From positions 1,299,897-1,363,896 of the forward strand of contig NW_003314309.1 in the NCBI RefSeq assembly GCF_000143415.4: a DNA stretch of 64,000 bases, in the 5' to 3' direction. The notes under the pieces were generated by a model. The model saw nothing but the letters and a program-made list of their open reading frames with translations. It was not told where the DNA came from and made no database searches. Source of the DNA: Selaginella moellendorffii. Its lineage: Eukaryota; Plantae; Lycopodiophyta. Shown in pieces: positions 13,321-26,573 of the stretch (position 1 is the first letter of the stretch; the number at the start of each line of letters is the position of its first letter). The position numbers and the translations under genes were made by a program.

Positions 13321-14939
13321 TTTATTCAGTAAAATGGGACTAAGTACAAATTTTCAAGTATTTGAAAATGACGTGAAATTATATGTTTTTTGTTCAGGGG
13401 CTAGACATATCTGGGGCATGGTGACTAGCGCGGTGACTTTGTGTCCAGACTGAGTCCATCTGGTTGTATAATAAATCTCATTGTCAAGGTGAACAAGCCG
13501 AATCTGAAGCTAAAGAAGAGCGATGGCATGCACGCACACACTATTTGTTTGTTCATTGAGCGTGTGGTGAGCTTTCCAAGATGAACGTCATTCCTATTAG
13601 CCAGACATATAACTTAATGGTGAGAACATTTAGATATTATTCAATGTTATCTTTTTCTAACGAATCTAATTGTGAAGGTGTAGTAAGAGGCATTGCTAGT
13701 TTGGAGAAGTCATTTAACTCATTTGACCCTTAGTGTATTTTCATGAAACTAAATAACATTCATATTATTAAGGAATTTCTCTAGTACCTTTTTTTTACGA
13801 CATAGAGGCTTGCATTTCTTTCAAAGGTGATTTAGTAAAAGGCCTGAGGGCACATGCCATTCTATTTCTCAGACCGGTATTAAGATATACTAGTGCAAAG
13901 GGAAAAAGGTATTTGGTGATCAAGTAAATGGCATGAGGGCACACGCCATTATAAGCTTAAGCGCTAGTGGACACTTCCTTTTTGGTACTCTCAGTGGTAC
14001 TATCATCCTTCTCCGGGTCAGTTGTTTTGCTTTGGATTGTTGTCTCTGACGTTACTGGGGTGTTCTTGATAGTTGTTAATGTTGCCATTTGTTCAGAAAA
14101 ATGATCACCTAGAGTATAGTACGGGGAGTTTGGAAGACTTATATATTCTACATTTTCACCTATCTCCTTCTCTGTCTCCTTTTCTGCCTCACTTACAGAT
14201 TTTGTGCTTGCCATGAGAACGCTCTTCACCCTAAAATATGGAGTTCGTTGTGTTATAAAAGGAAACCAACACACACGCTGCAAGGGAATGATGGTACATA
14301 AAGCACGTAAGCCCACAATATGGGTTTATGTGCCATTAATATGGGCCACACGCCATATTATTAGATTTATGCACGTGTGATTAGTAAATGCATATGTCAC
14401 ATCATCTTTGTTTTACCTCACACACTATATCAGGCCTAATGAACCATATCACATGTGCGCACATGCTATATATATGGAGAAGTATTATGCAAGGATAGAA
14501 AAATTCAATGCATGATTGTGGAGAGCAATGGCATGAAGCCACATGCTAAATAACATTTTAGAGAAAGAATTAAAATAAAAACATGCAAACAGTACTGAGT
14601 GGACCAAGACTTAGAAGTGCACAATTGAATGAGGTATTTCTAATAAATATTTCACTCACCTCATATAGGAATGGCTACCACTCTCAAATGGCGTATCGCC
14701 TCATGCCATCACCTCGCAATTTGTTATAACAATCCGATGAATTCATATTCGGCTTGTTCACCTTGAACTTTAAGTAAGATTTGCTAGAACAACTAAGAAT
14801 TTATACTTGTTATTTGTATCATCTCACCTAGGAATGGCGTAAGGCCACATGCCATCACGCCTCCTCTGATTCAGATTCAGATTGTTCACCTTGAAATAAA
14901 ATACATTAGAAACTTAGTAAAGGAATATTAATGAATCTC

Positions 14940-17751
14940 ACCTTGAACCCGGGTTATGAATGCTCTTGCTGCATCTCTTGCATGGTCTGGCAAGGTGATG
15001 GTGGCACTCTGCTTCCGCATCCAACCATGCACAACATTATCCACCGATATGCTCATGCTGGGATCCCTTGGATTCAGCACCTATCTCTTTTCTAGGCAAT
15101 CCTTCGTATATCCGGAACTTGGCTTGAACCACTCCACAGTTACATTGAAGGAGTTAGTTTCCGCGTCCTCCTTTGCATCAGTGATGCAGCGCCCCACCCA
15201 TATCATTTGTTTTTTATTACTGGGTCTGACAAGCACGACCATTCCTTTGCAGACCTGTACTGGATTGAATGCTGAATCCGGCTTCTTGTTCCTCGGCCCA
15301 CAATAGTGATCCTCAACATCGTTATCTGTCACTGCATTTCCAGAGGACATTGTTCCGCTACTATCTGGTGCTCTGGGTTCTGGCCAAAATGACTCTTCCA
15401 ATTCTTCATTTACAAGGCCCATTTTGGATAGCAGATATAATCTTCTCCCAGTATTCGAGCAAAGGCTTGCACCTCTGAAAATAGGATTCTCCACCAAACA
15501 CCAACCCCCTCTTCCAGAAGGCAATATGCTGTCTAATCCCGGCCACTATACTTTCCTGGCCTTTGAGTCCATCCGGGTGCATCGGCCGTGGGGAACTCTG
15601 AGGAATCATAGGTTCCCCAGTTATGGGATCTCTCTTGAAGAGTTCAATGCCGTCCACTGGCAGCCACACTGTGTCCCATTCTCTCATCTTGTACCTCATC
15701 ACTGGAGCACCGTCACGCATGCTGAAATGAAACTGAAGAGGCTTGGAGTGGCCAATCAGCGTTTCGGATCCGTCCCTGATGTAGCCTCTTACAAACCCCT
15801 TAAAGTCTGGAACCTCTGTCACAAGTGCAGCTTCAACAGTGCCTTTAATACAATTTTGGAATTCATCGTAGAGTTGTGGGAGGGTGAGGACATTGGATCG
15901 CCGGAGGGACTCTGCCAGGTGACTGAACATGGCATCGACGTCTTCATGAGTGTGCCCAACCATGAGAAAGCCAAGTGTAACCGTTTCAAATATGCCTTTG
16001 GCAACAAGCATCGCCAAGTACGCGAAGACATACATGTTTTTGTTCTCACTGCCAGCATTGTTTGTTTGGAGCAGAAGATGGGGTGGAAGGCCACATCGGC
16101 CGCAAGAACTTCCTTGAGATTCTGCTTCGTTTGGATGAGGCTGTGCATTCACCGGGCGACCAGCCTCGTCGGAATGGCATGAGGCCTCACGTGATAACCC
16201 TACAATTTGACGGCCAACATATTCACTGGGATGGCATGGGGCCCCACGCGATACTGCAAGCCTTTGCTCCTCCTCCAGCTGAACCCTGTATGGGGTTCGA
16301 TCGACAAGGGCCTTATGCAAGGGTTGGCCGTTCAGCTCAGTCTGCGCACTTTGCAGAGACCTTAAGTGTTTTGCTAGGGACGCAATCATCTTGTTTGCAC
16401 CCCCGCCACCCCATAGAGGTACAAAGAAGTTCCCATAGTTCTGGGCACCATGCCCATGAGCGATTATGCCAAACAGAGACACAGGCAGCTACATGGATGA
16501 AGAGATTGCCTTGGGGGCAGGATTGAGTCGAGGTAAGCACGTCTTTTTCTGGTCCATTTTGTCGTGGATGATGCAGAGGTAAGAGTCAGGTCTCTCCATT
16601 GAGAGAATCCTGTTATGATAATATGCAGTCCTGCAGCTTCTCTGCTCGATGTTGTGGTCGAGCCGCCTTCTAACCAACGTCTCTCGCTCTTGAGCGATGC
16701 AAGAATTCTTCGACAAAGCCATTTTGATAGCAGTGCACTCGTCACACTTTGAAAAGCTGGAGTACTTTCCTATACTCACATCCCTGAACCTGTTGCTCCA
16801 CAATCTACTAAATCTAGATTGGCTCAGCTTCCTGTAGCCATTACTCTAGAGTTCCCGATTCACATCTTCCAATATGGCCCCCTTGGTATACATGGAAGGG
16901 AGAACTCGTTGGGTGTCTCGAGTTCCATCTTCCAAGAGGCGGGTTTTATGTGGTTGCTACTCGCTACATGTCTCGACAAACCTTTTGAAGATTGCCTCTC
17001 CATATACAACATGACCCCTGGTTTTGTGAGTACCGTCGTTCCCATGGACTGCCTATTGAACCCTTTGTTCCTCGAACTCAATTTTGATTCTGTAGAATGT
17101 GGTTCGAGGGACTCCATAAATGATTCTCCATGCCTTCATGCAGACCAAACCCCTCTGGAAGACCATGCCCCCCACCTGATGTTCTAAAGCATCAATAGAT
17201 GACCGTAATGCCTCATACACAAAATTGCGAGCTGCCTTCCAGGACAATGTCTTGTATCTTGCTCTCTCCTCTTCAATAGCATCCCAATCAGCATGTTGAC
17301 AGCACCTCCTCTTGCAACAAGCAACTGTCGAGACCATTCGAACCTCCATCGCCATTTTCTGCCTTTTCGGTTCGTTGCTCAGATCCCTTTGGCTGTGCTT
17401 TAGGAAGGTGTACTTTCTTTTCCCATGAAGAGATGTTCTGTCATCAGTTGTAGTGGTGTTTGATTGTGAATCCTTCACATTCTCAAACACTAAGTGCCTC
17501 AATTTCCACCGCACAATGCTTCCAATAGTCAGACTGTTTTCTTCTGTGTCAACAACCTCTAAAATCGCAACTCCAATATCATCCCAGCCCAATTCTTGAT
17601 TAGCAACCGCATCTCTTGGAACGACAACTGTGGCTAAGCCCTCAGCTACCACCTCCCCCTCGGGGTTGTTTAGAAACACCTTTGCCTGAATCCATGTAGC
17701 ACGGTTCTTAAGATCCACGGAGGGAACATGCTTCGCACTTGCGGAGGCCAT
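14940..17751 (-). pseudogene. Transposase (DDD/E RNase H fold; Sola-like), inactivated
   Basis: ORFs 17053-17751, 16489-16803 and 15406-16482 share one frame broken by TAG stops. Motifs: CCKRRCC..VCMKAWRIIYGVPRTTFY (Cys/HTH-like), KCDEC..H, HDKMDQKK, LQT(N)NAGSENKN, GHTHEDVDAMF. Frameshift into 15081-15524. Confidence 0.85.
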
Positions 17752-18371
17752 TCTGAAAGTGCAGAAAAGAAGTTAAGACCATACAAAAAATGATTGGAGA
17801 ATGGCCTAAATCATAGCATACCAAACAACGTCAATAGCATGAGGCCACATGCCATTATTCAAACATGCTATTGACACCCACGTGAAATTTCGCATTCACA
17901 AAATTGGCATGAGCCCTCATGCCATCTTGATATACACATAGCTGCAGGCAAGTAAAAACATACATGACAATACGCTAGCCATGAAATTGCAAGGGCCCAA
18001 GATGGCATGTGGCCTCATGCCATTTCTAAATGTGGTCCTAAGCCATTCCATGGTGAACATACCAGGAAGCACAAGTGCCGAATATCAAGAGGAAGCGGTA
18101 GCCACACCAAAGACAGTGCCGCTCGCAACACCGCAACTACTCGTAGCGCCGCTCGCAACACCGCAACTGCTCGTAGCGCCGCTCACACAAACTGCCACTC
18201 GCATAAACTGCCGCTCGCAATGGCGCTCGCAATGTCGCAACCGCTCGTAGACGCATAAACCACAGCTCACAACACCGCTTACACAAGCAACGCTCACTGC
18301 GCTCAGCGGAATTAAGAACACGGCGCACAAAAATGATAGACCTAGGAATGAGTTCGAGAATTCAAAAATAA

Positions 18372-20283
18372 CACACGCTTGAACGTCACATCAAATCCTC
18401 TGACAAACCAGATCTTATGATTCCTCTGACAAATTTCAAACTAAGTAGCTTCTAGACTTTGCTGTCGGAGGTTGAACTTTGTCACATCATGTCCTTGCCT
18501 CGATCCAGCTGTGCCATGTCAGTGATTCGAACTTTGCCATGCCATGTCAACGATCCGCGCCAAGATTATTCGCCGTGTAAAGGAATAATTATGCTGTGTG
18601 TGTACGTCCATTTATGGCAATATAAGGCCACACGCCATTCAAAGAATAATGCTAGTCGAGCATTTTTGGGTTCAAAATTGCATGAGCCCACACGCTATAA
18701 AGTTTACTTGTACCAAAAATAGAAACAGCTTTATTTACTTGGGAATTTAAGTGGTTGAGGCATTTTTAAACTTACAAACACATGCCCTACTTACATTCCT
18801 TTGGTTGCTTAAAATTCAAAAATATTATAAACCTTTCTTTTTGCATTTTCAATGTTTTCAATTATGGTTTTTGATTTTCGCAGGACCAGCCTAGTAATCT
18901 ATTTGCATCCCATCATGTTTATAGCTAGCTTTCGTTTGTCCCCTTCGCTAGCCTGAGATACATCTACTCGGCATTTGCCTCTTACAGCATTTGCCCAGAA
19001 AGGGCATCTTTCTTCACGCAGCATTTGCCACATGTTTAGGGTTTAGGGTTTAGGGTTTAGCAATTCAGTAGCTTGATAAACATGCAAATACAGAACTTGA
19101 TGCAAAATCCTTTGATATGTCACAATGCCTTTAGGACCATAAATACATTTCAATAGAGAGGGTCCTTTCATTTCATAACTCCTTACATAGATCTTGGTGA
19201 AACCAGAGTTAGTGAAGTTAGTTTCTTGTGATCCCGCATCTGATTGTGATGTCCCTTTGCAGTGTCGATGGAAAGGTCAATGCACACCAAACTGTAAAAT
19301 CTTGGAGCAAAATAACGGTCGGATCTATGGCAAATGCCCCTGAAACATTGTAAGGCTCGTGTGGTCTCATGTGGTGTCCGATCGAGATGCTTCTTTGCAG
19401 GGTCATCAAGAAAGACACTGTATACCATTCTGTAAAATCTAGTTGCGATCTAACGGTTGGATCTCCAGAAAACTCAAAAAAATCTCGCGCGTGTCAGAAT
19501 ATTCTAGGAATATACTCCTATGTGCCCCTGAAAATGGCATGCGGCCCCACGCCATTCAAGAGATAACGCCAAATGACGCCGAGCATTTTTTGGTGCATTT
19601 TTTGGGATCAAAATTGCATGGGCCCACACGTTTGAACGTCACATCAAATCCTCTGACAAACCAGATCTTATAATTCCTCTGACAAATTTCAAACTGAGTA
19701 GCTTCTAGACTTTGCTGTCGGACGTTGAACTTTGTCACATCATGTCCTTGCCTCGATCCAGCTGTGTCATGTCAGTGATTCGAACTTTGCCATGCCATGT
19801 CAGCGATCCGCGCCAAGATTATTCGCCGTGTAACTGCTCGGCATCTGCCTCTTACAGCATTTGCCCAGAAAGGGCATCTTTCTTCATGTAGCATTTGCCA
19901 CATGTTTAGGGTTTAGGGTTTAGCAATTCAATAGCTTGATAAACATGCAAATACAGAACTTGATGCAAAATCCTTTGATATGTCAGGACCATAAACACAT
20001 TTCAATAGAGAGGGTCCTTTCATTTCATAACTCCTTACGTAGATCTTGGTGAAACCAGAGTTAGTGAAGTTGGTTTCTTATGATCCCGCATCTGATTGTG
20101 ATGTCCCTTTGCAGTGTCGATAGAAAGGTCAATGTACACCAAACTGTAGAATCTTGGAGCAAAATAACGGTCAGATCTATGGCAAATGCCCCTGAAACAT
20201 TGTAAGGCTCGTGTGGTCTCATGTGGTGTCCGATCGAGATGCTTCTTTGCAGGGTCATCAAGAAGGACATTGTATACCATTCT
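18372..20283 (+). repeat. Internal direct duplication in the transposon intergenic region
   Basis: ~18372-18580 matches ~19625-19833, and ~18965-19432 matches ~19835-20283 (the ORFs at 19183 and 20035 are near-identical). Confidence 0.9.
19034..19060 (+). repeat. Interstitial plant telomere repeat (TTTAGGG)n; second copy at 19904-19923
   Basis: GTTTAGGGTTTAGGGTTTAGGGTTTAG. Confidence 0.9.
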
Positions 20284-20951
20284 TTATTTAGCTGAACATC
20301 TGGCATTTTTGGAAATACAAGATGCTTTGGAATATCCAATCATGCATGGTATAAATATAGCGAGGGTATTAAATGATATCCCAATCATGATCTTTCTTTT
20401 GGATTTCGCGTGCATGCAGTCCGAGGAATGATGACGTTGTGGATTTCTTTTGGATTTCACGTGCATGCATGCGCGCGGCGATCCAGAAATTAATGGTGGC
20501 GCCCAAGTCCGAGGAATGATGACGTTGCGGGATTACCAACCGTCGTGACATTTCGCGCATGTGAGGTTAGGTTTTGCATCGTACTCGCGCTCGCACACTC
20601 GCGCTCGCATCGCGCTCCCACTCATGATCACGCTCACATTCGCGCTCATCTACCTTCTCTACAGGTTTCTCGTGTGCATCGGCGTCCACTCGCGCTTGCA
20701 TCACACTCGCGCTCGCATCGCGCTCGTGTGGATCGGCGTCCACTTCAAGACACACCCAGTTTGTAACTTCGCCGCCAACTCCGCCGCCCACTCCGCCACC
20801 CACACGCAGCCCACTTGGCGTCCCGGGAGATTTCAGCGCCACTCTCCAACTGTAAGTGGCAGAGTAGCCTTGCTGCTACGATCCGCTGCACACACAGTGC
20901 ACATTCGCCAGCGAGTCTGGCCTCGATTGTCACGCCTCCATTCGGCTTCAA

Positions 20952-23900
20952 ATGGTAAGTCTTTTAGGCCAAGTAGAAAATGGCATGAGGCCACATGCCA
21001 TTCAGTAGCAACATTGGCATGCACCGATTGGGCTCTCGAGTGCAGTCCGGTTACAGATGGCGTGTAGCCTCACGCCATCTTAGGATGCAGCCTCAAGACA
21101 TCTGATGCAGTGGTGAATGGCGTGTGGCCTCACGTTATTTCCAGCTGCTAGCTTTTCATCTGTCAGCTCTAATTGTTGTGCATTTCTGAACAGGCGAGGA
21201 ATTGCGTTCTTCTTCCAGCCACTATCAATGTGGATGCAGAGAAGGGGGAGGAGCTCACCAGTTGGACTTTCGGGATGGAAGGCGAGGATCTGAGGCTGTA
21301 CAACACAGATGGTGGGAGAAAAGAATGCATGGGGATCCTCATCCAAGTGACAGACACTCCATGCAGTTCCATGCAAGAATATGGACTGGCACTTGTGGTA
21401 GAAACAGCGTCCGCCTTCAAGATCCACCTTGCACATCCTAGTGGCTTCCCGGAGGGGGGCAGCGGCTATGAGGAATTCCTAGAGGGAGCTAGGGAGAGGT
21501 TGTCCAGGAGGCCCACAATTTCAAAGACGCTGCGGGTCTATGAAGATCACATGGAATCCACGGACCTCACCTACGGCGATGTTCAAAAACTATATTCCAA
21601 CATTGAGCCGTTGAGAGTGCCTCCAGTTCGCGAAGCGAAGGGGAAGGGGGTCGATCTGGAAACTACCCCGAAGCAGAAAAGGGTGGTCAAGCTCAAGCCG
21701 ACGTCCGACTCTCCTGCTCCAAAAAAGAAGCTACTCGGTGATGCCATTGCCTCGGGTTCGAACACTACACCCACCAAAAAGAAGAGCTGCAAAGAGCAGA
21801 AAGAGCAAGAAGAGGCAGCAAAAATCGTCGCAGATAATAGTACTTGTTACTATTCCAACAAAGTATATACAATCGACGTGAGCCGTATCGACATCCAAAG
21901 AAAATACAACCACAGGCTAGTATCTGATGAGTGGGTGGAGAAACTGAAGCAGAAGATGCTGGCAAGTCCAATAACACCCGACATCGCAGACGTGATCCCC
22001 TACTACCGAACAATGAAGGGCGAGACGAGGTTTCCAGACTTGATCAATAGGAAGGTGTTGGACGATCAGAACATCCGGTTCTATGCCGTCTTCGGGCAGC
22101 ATTCTAGCTTGGCGATGCAAGAGATAGTTGTGGATATTATTGTGGGCGAGGAGGTGAAGAAAGTCTTCAAGACAAGAGTTGTCCGCCTGATAAAAGGCAA
22201 CTTGCCCCTCCGATCTATCATATACATCTCCCACGTGCAGAATGTCAAGCAAGAAACGTGCTACAAATCGGGTCTGCATGAGACATTGGCACGAACACGG
22301 AAGCTCTGGGTTCAACTAAAGAAGCCACAAAAACCAGGACAAGGACGTGCACTAGCAACTAGCGCCTGGCAGGTAAGCCTCGTTGCATGTGGCATAGCAT
22401 GTGGCCTCACGCCATTTCCATTGCAGGAATTCTCGAGTCTTCTCTCGAAAACACTGGGGGTCAATGACACACTCAGCATCCATAACATTCTACTCGCGAC
22501 AAAAGTTGTTTTTGACAAATGGGTAGATGTGCTGAGGAGGTACCATGACGGGGAGTTGCTAAACTCAATGGGTGTGGAGGACGGCCGAAAGCCCAATGAT
22601 TTGAAGCTCAACGCCTTGCGTTTCTCGCGGTCTCTAGACGATGACGACCTTCTGACAGTGGCTAATGCTCTTCTACGTGGTGAGGTAGTCTTCAACAAGA
22701 CCAAAATGACTCCCGGCCATATTGTGACATACGAGGACTTGTGCACGACTCTGAGAGCTCGTGCGCTATTGAAGGATTGGATCTTCGAGCAAGTGGCTGT
22801 GGAGAGGGTGAGCATCGACACCACGCAAGAGATGATGGAAGAGCTGGAGTTGTCAAATGAAGACATCGACGAGTACGTGAAGGGGGCCCCCAAGTTCATC
22901 GATCTGCTGCGGGATGCCACGAAAAGTAAAGCTGAGAAGTTGGATCAGTATCCAAATTTCATTAAGAGGGATGTCGACTGCCGGCTTCAGAAATAGCTCG
23001 ACCCCGCAGCAGAGGCCTATCGAGAACCTTACCGGGTATACGTGAATTCGGATGAGGATCAAAGGTGGAGGAGCATCGTTTCCCGCGGAGATGAGCAGGT
23101 CAAGAACATCTTTTGTGTGATGGACTTCACAAACGAGGAGATCACTTATGCAGACGAAGTCAGCTCCATCATTGACTTAATGGTGGGACTTGCATAGGTG
23201 GAATCTTCAGTCCACTATATGATCTACGACTCCGAATCCTATCACAAGTTCTGGAAAGCCTTGAACGAAGTGAAGGCTTGGTTGAAAGGCAAGGAGATGC
23301 GGGAGATCCATGGGATAATGGCTAAGAAGAAGATACCGACGAATGTCCGCATCTTCACACTCGCCCTTGTTATTGGTCCTGCAGCAGAGTGGGACTGGAG
23401 TGACTTCCCAGCTTCGTTCGACAAGGCCGATCGAATTGATCTGAGGGAGGTCAATTTACCCGTGCCTGAGGAACTGAAGACGGCTATGGAGCTTTCGAAT
23501 CCAGAGAAAGCTCCAGGTGCAGCATGGGAAATGCTCAGCTGGGTCTTCAACGCAATAGCGGGTGGGTCACCTGCTTCCAACTCCAAGGGCAAATGCGTTG
23601 TCGAGTACAACTGCGGCGGACTATTCTTTCGAGCCGCACTACTCAAGGGTGTCCCGTGTGTTGTGGTGACAAACTCCATTGAAGAGGTGACTTCAATGGA
23701 GCATATAATTACAGTTGCCAAAGAAAAACAGTATCTTCTCTGCGAACCTGGTGAGTACGCACTTTAAGTTTAAATGTTATCTCACAAGCTCTGTATGCAG
23801 GAGCGTGGCCACCCCCAGATGCTGAAACGGCGTTAACAGCTACTGTTGAAGATACCCATGTTGGGCCGAGCTCACAACCTGCACAAGGTAAGGTCACGTA

Positions 23901-26573
23901 AGGCCTCACGCCATTTTGATTATAGATCGTTCTGAATATTCAGACACGAGGACTGAAAATCGCACTGGTGGCGCGTCGAAGAAGGACAAACAGACAAACA
24001 ATAGGAAAAAAGGAGGTACAAATTATATTTGCAATGGCGTGTGGTCTCATGCCATTCCTTGCAGGAGACACTTCTTCAAAGGCAAAACAGGCAAGCACCA
24101 GCCAAGCTCAAACTGACAGTGGTCATAAAAAGTGAAAGCACGTTGGACAGTCATCGGGATCAGAGGCGTTTGAAAAGGAAGAAGGGCAACGTAAAGATGA
24201 TAGGTAATGCCTCGCGGTTATGGCATGTGTGCTCATGCCATTCATTGCAGATCAAGGGCTGAGTGAAAGCAGCCAGTCACCACCTCCTGACTCAGATTCC
24301 TATGGCGGACTCCCCTTCCCCAATCTCAATGGAGAGGTACAATGGATGAGGGATGCTTTTCAAGTCAGGGCCACGTTTTTCTCATCTCGTCGTCTTCGAA
24401 GGGTGCAAGAACGTGTAGAAACCATGTTAAGAGAGTCGGGTGAGGATACGGTCCTAGGTCACGCACTAAAACAGGCTATGGATGTCTTGTATTTTGAGAT
24501 GGAGACTCGGCCAGATGATTTTCCCAAGATGGTCCTAGAAGAACAAGCCATCCAGCCTAAGCAGCCTATGGAAGAAATGCAGGAGGGGGATGAAGAGCCA
24601 GAGAAAGATAATGAGCAGGAAGAGCAGAAGGACGAAGAGGAGGACAAAGAAGAGGAGGACGAAGAAGAGGAGGATGAAGAGGACTTGGATGGTCCTCACA
24701 ATGGTGACGATCACAATAACGATGACGACGATGATGACGACGATGGCCAGCCTGAGGTGGCCAAAGAGCAGCGGAGGAAGGTCATACAAGACAAACCATC
24801 AGGTAAATAATAGTACATCCATTCCTAACCTTTTACCATTTCTAACATTGTCCATGTAGGTCGCAGAGCAAATGGTAAGTAGAGATTATTCAGTTGAATT
24901 AAGATACAAACTCTAGCCTTTAGTGTCGAGGAAGGATAGTGCCAAGCAAGGGTCGAAACGTATGTCCAATCCTTCAGAATCAGCAGTGCGCCCAAGTGAT
25001 ATTGGTCCTAGTTCCTCAATAGCAGTTGATGGTAAATACAGTATAGTCGATTCAATGTGCTAATGAGTTTGTTTTTAGTAGCACGGGAGGATACCATCTC
25101 AATCGAAGGTAGATATTTGGACATGCATATGGATCCGCCAGTGGACTCTACTTGCCTGCAAGAGTCATTAGAGCTGGTGGAGGCTACTATCCATATCAAC
25201 GCCAAGCAAGCTGACCACGCTCCACTTGATGCTGCCCATACCACTGAGTCAATCTTGTCCACGTATCCAACTGACGGTGACCAGGCGCCATTGGACCCGC
25301 ATGAGGCCGCCCCAGCCGCCGAGCCAGTCGTATCCTCATTTCCAACGAACTCAACGTGTGCCCAATCGTCTAACTACGCGCCATTGGAACCTCCCTACAC
25401 CGCCCCTGCTGCCTGTTCGGTCATGTCCACTTTGCCAACGGAGGCACCAGCTGAAATGGCGTGTGATCACACGCCATCGGAACCACCCCATGCCACTGTT
25501 GAGCCAGTTGTACCAGAGTCTACAGCTGAAATGGCATGTGCCCACACGCCATCGGATGCGATTGACCCCACATTGCAGAGGAGAGTATTTCCGCCCTTCA
25601 CGTTTCCTCGACCAAAACCCTCTCAACGACCATCGGGAGCACCATTCGCTAATATTGTAGATGGTAAAATTGACTTGTACCATTTTTTATGCTGACACAT
25701 TTCATTTCAGAGTCACGGCAAAGGTATTGTATCGTTTTTGATCTGAACGGTGTCCTTTTCTCCCATGAGCGTGGCTCGTCCTCGAATGTCACTGCACCCT
25801 CCAAAGCCTACGGTCGCAAGTTGGTCAAAAGAGACAGATTCACATTAATCACACAGGAGAAACTGCGGGATCTAATAATGACCATGCGACACTTAAAACA
25901 GAGGGCCGGGTTCAATTTGCAATTGGGAGTTTGGACATCCATGATGCGCCACAATACATTAACGTTGCTACAGATGATGCACGATCAGATGCGAGTAATA
26001 TTACCATTTGACTTTCTCCTAACGCAGGAGGATTGCTTGACTATGGTCCATGTGAGGGGTAGCAAGCCCATCTTTGTCAAGCCAGAGGCTGTAGTGATGA
26101 ACCGGACTGCTAGGTCAAGTGAAATCCTCATCATCGATGACTCGCCGATTAAAACTGCAGCGAACACGCACACATATGCAGTGCACCCCATCTCTTGCAG
26201 TATGGAAACTAGGGAGAAGAAACCGTATGTTCTGGGGGACCTTGCAAAACGGCTTAGAGCAATGGTGATAGAGAACCGGCTAGTCCAGGAGGTGGCTGCA
26301 GAAATCAACCAAATGGCAGATGGAACGGTATATCAGAAGTCATTTGATCGGACAAACACCAGTCATCATTTATGGCATGTATATTGTCTAGCCAAGCACT
26401 ATCTGCATCTCCATAATCTGCTCAACCGGATGGGTTCTTCGACCACTGAACATGAGCGTGGACGTATTAGAGAAGAGATGGCATTACTATTGGGTTTAAA
26501 TCCTGATAGTGTGGAGAGTGATGAAATTCCAAGATTATTGTATAGGCGTTGGAGGCAAAAAATAACAGTCTGA
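20952..26573 (+). pseudogene. Transposon accessory gene (~1,640 codons, ~11 exons): ParB/Srx-like, degenerate DNA amino-MTase-like, acidic tract and FCP1/NIF-type HAD phosphatase
   Basis: Phase-consistent GT-AG model: 20952-4, 21194-22372, 22427-23750, 23801-87, 23944-24015, 24065-24203, 24251-24802, 24860-74, 24924-25031, 25082-25663, 25711-26573. Motifs: NHRLVSDEWVEKL..FYAVFGQHSSLA; NPEKAP..KGKCVVEYNCGG..AALLKGVPCVVV; FDLNGVL..VWTS..FVKP..IIDDSPIK. Two TAG stops and one +1 frameshift. Confidence 0.7.

Noticed and set aside
15424-16526. Plus-strand ORFs of 252 and 154 aa (and minus-strand ORFs across 21583-26581)
   Set aside because: Antisense shadows of the transposase or the accessory gene
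19034-19060. True chromosome end
   Set aside because: Only 3-4 repeat units, located internally within a transposon
19183-20339. Duplicated 81-92 aa ORFs
   Set aside because: Products of a recent DNA duplication with no recognisable domain
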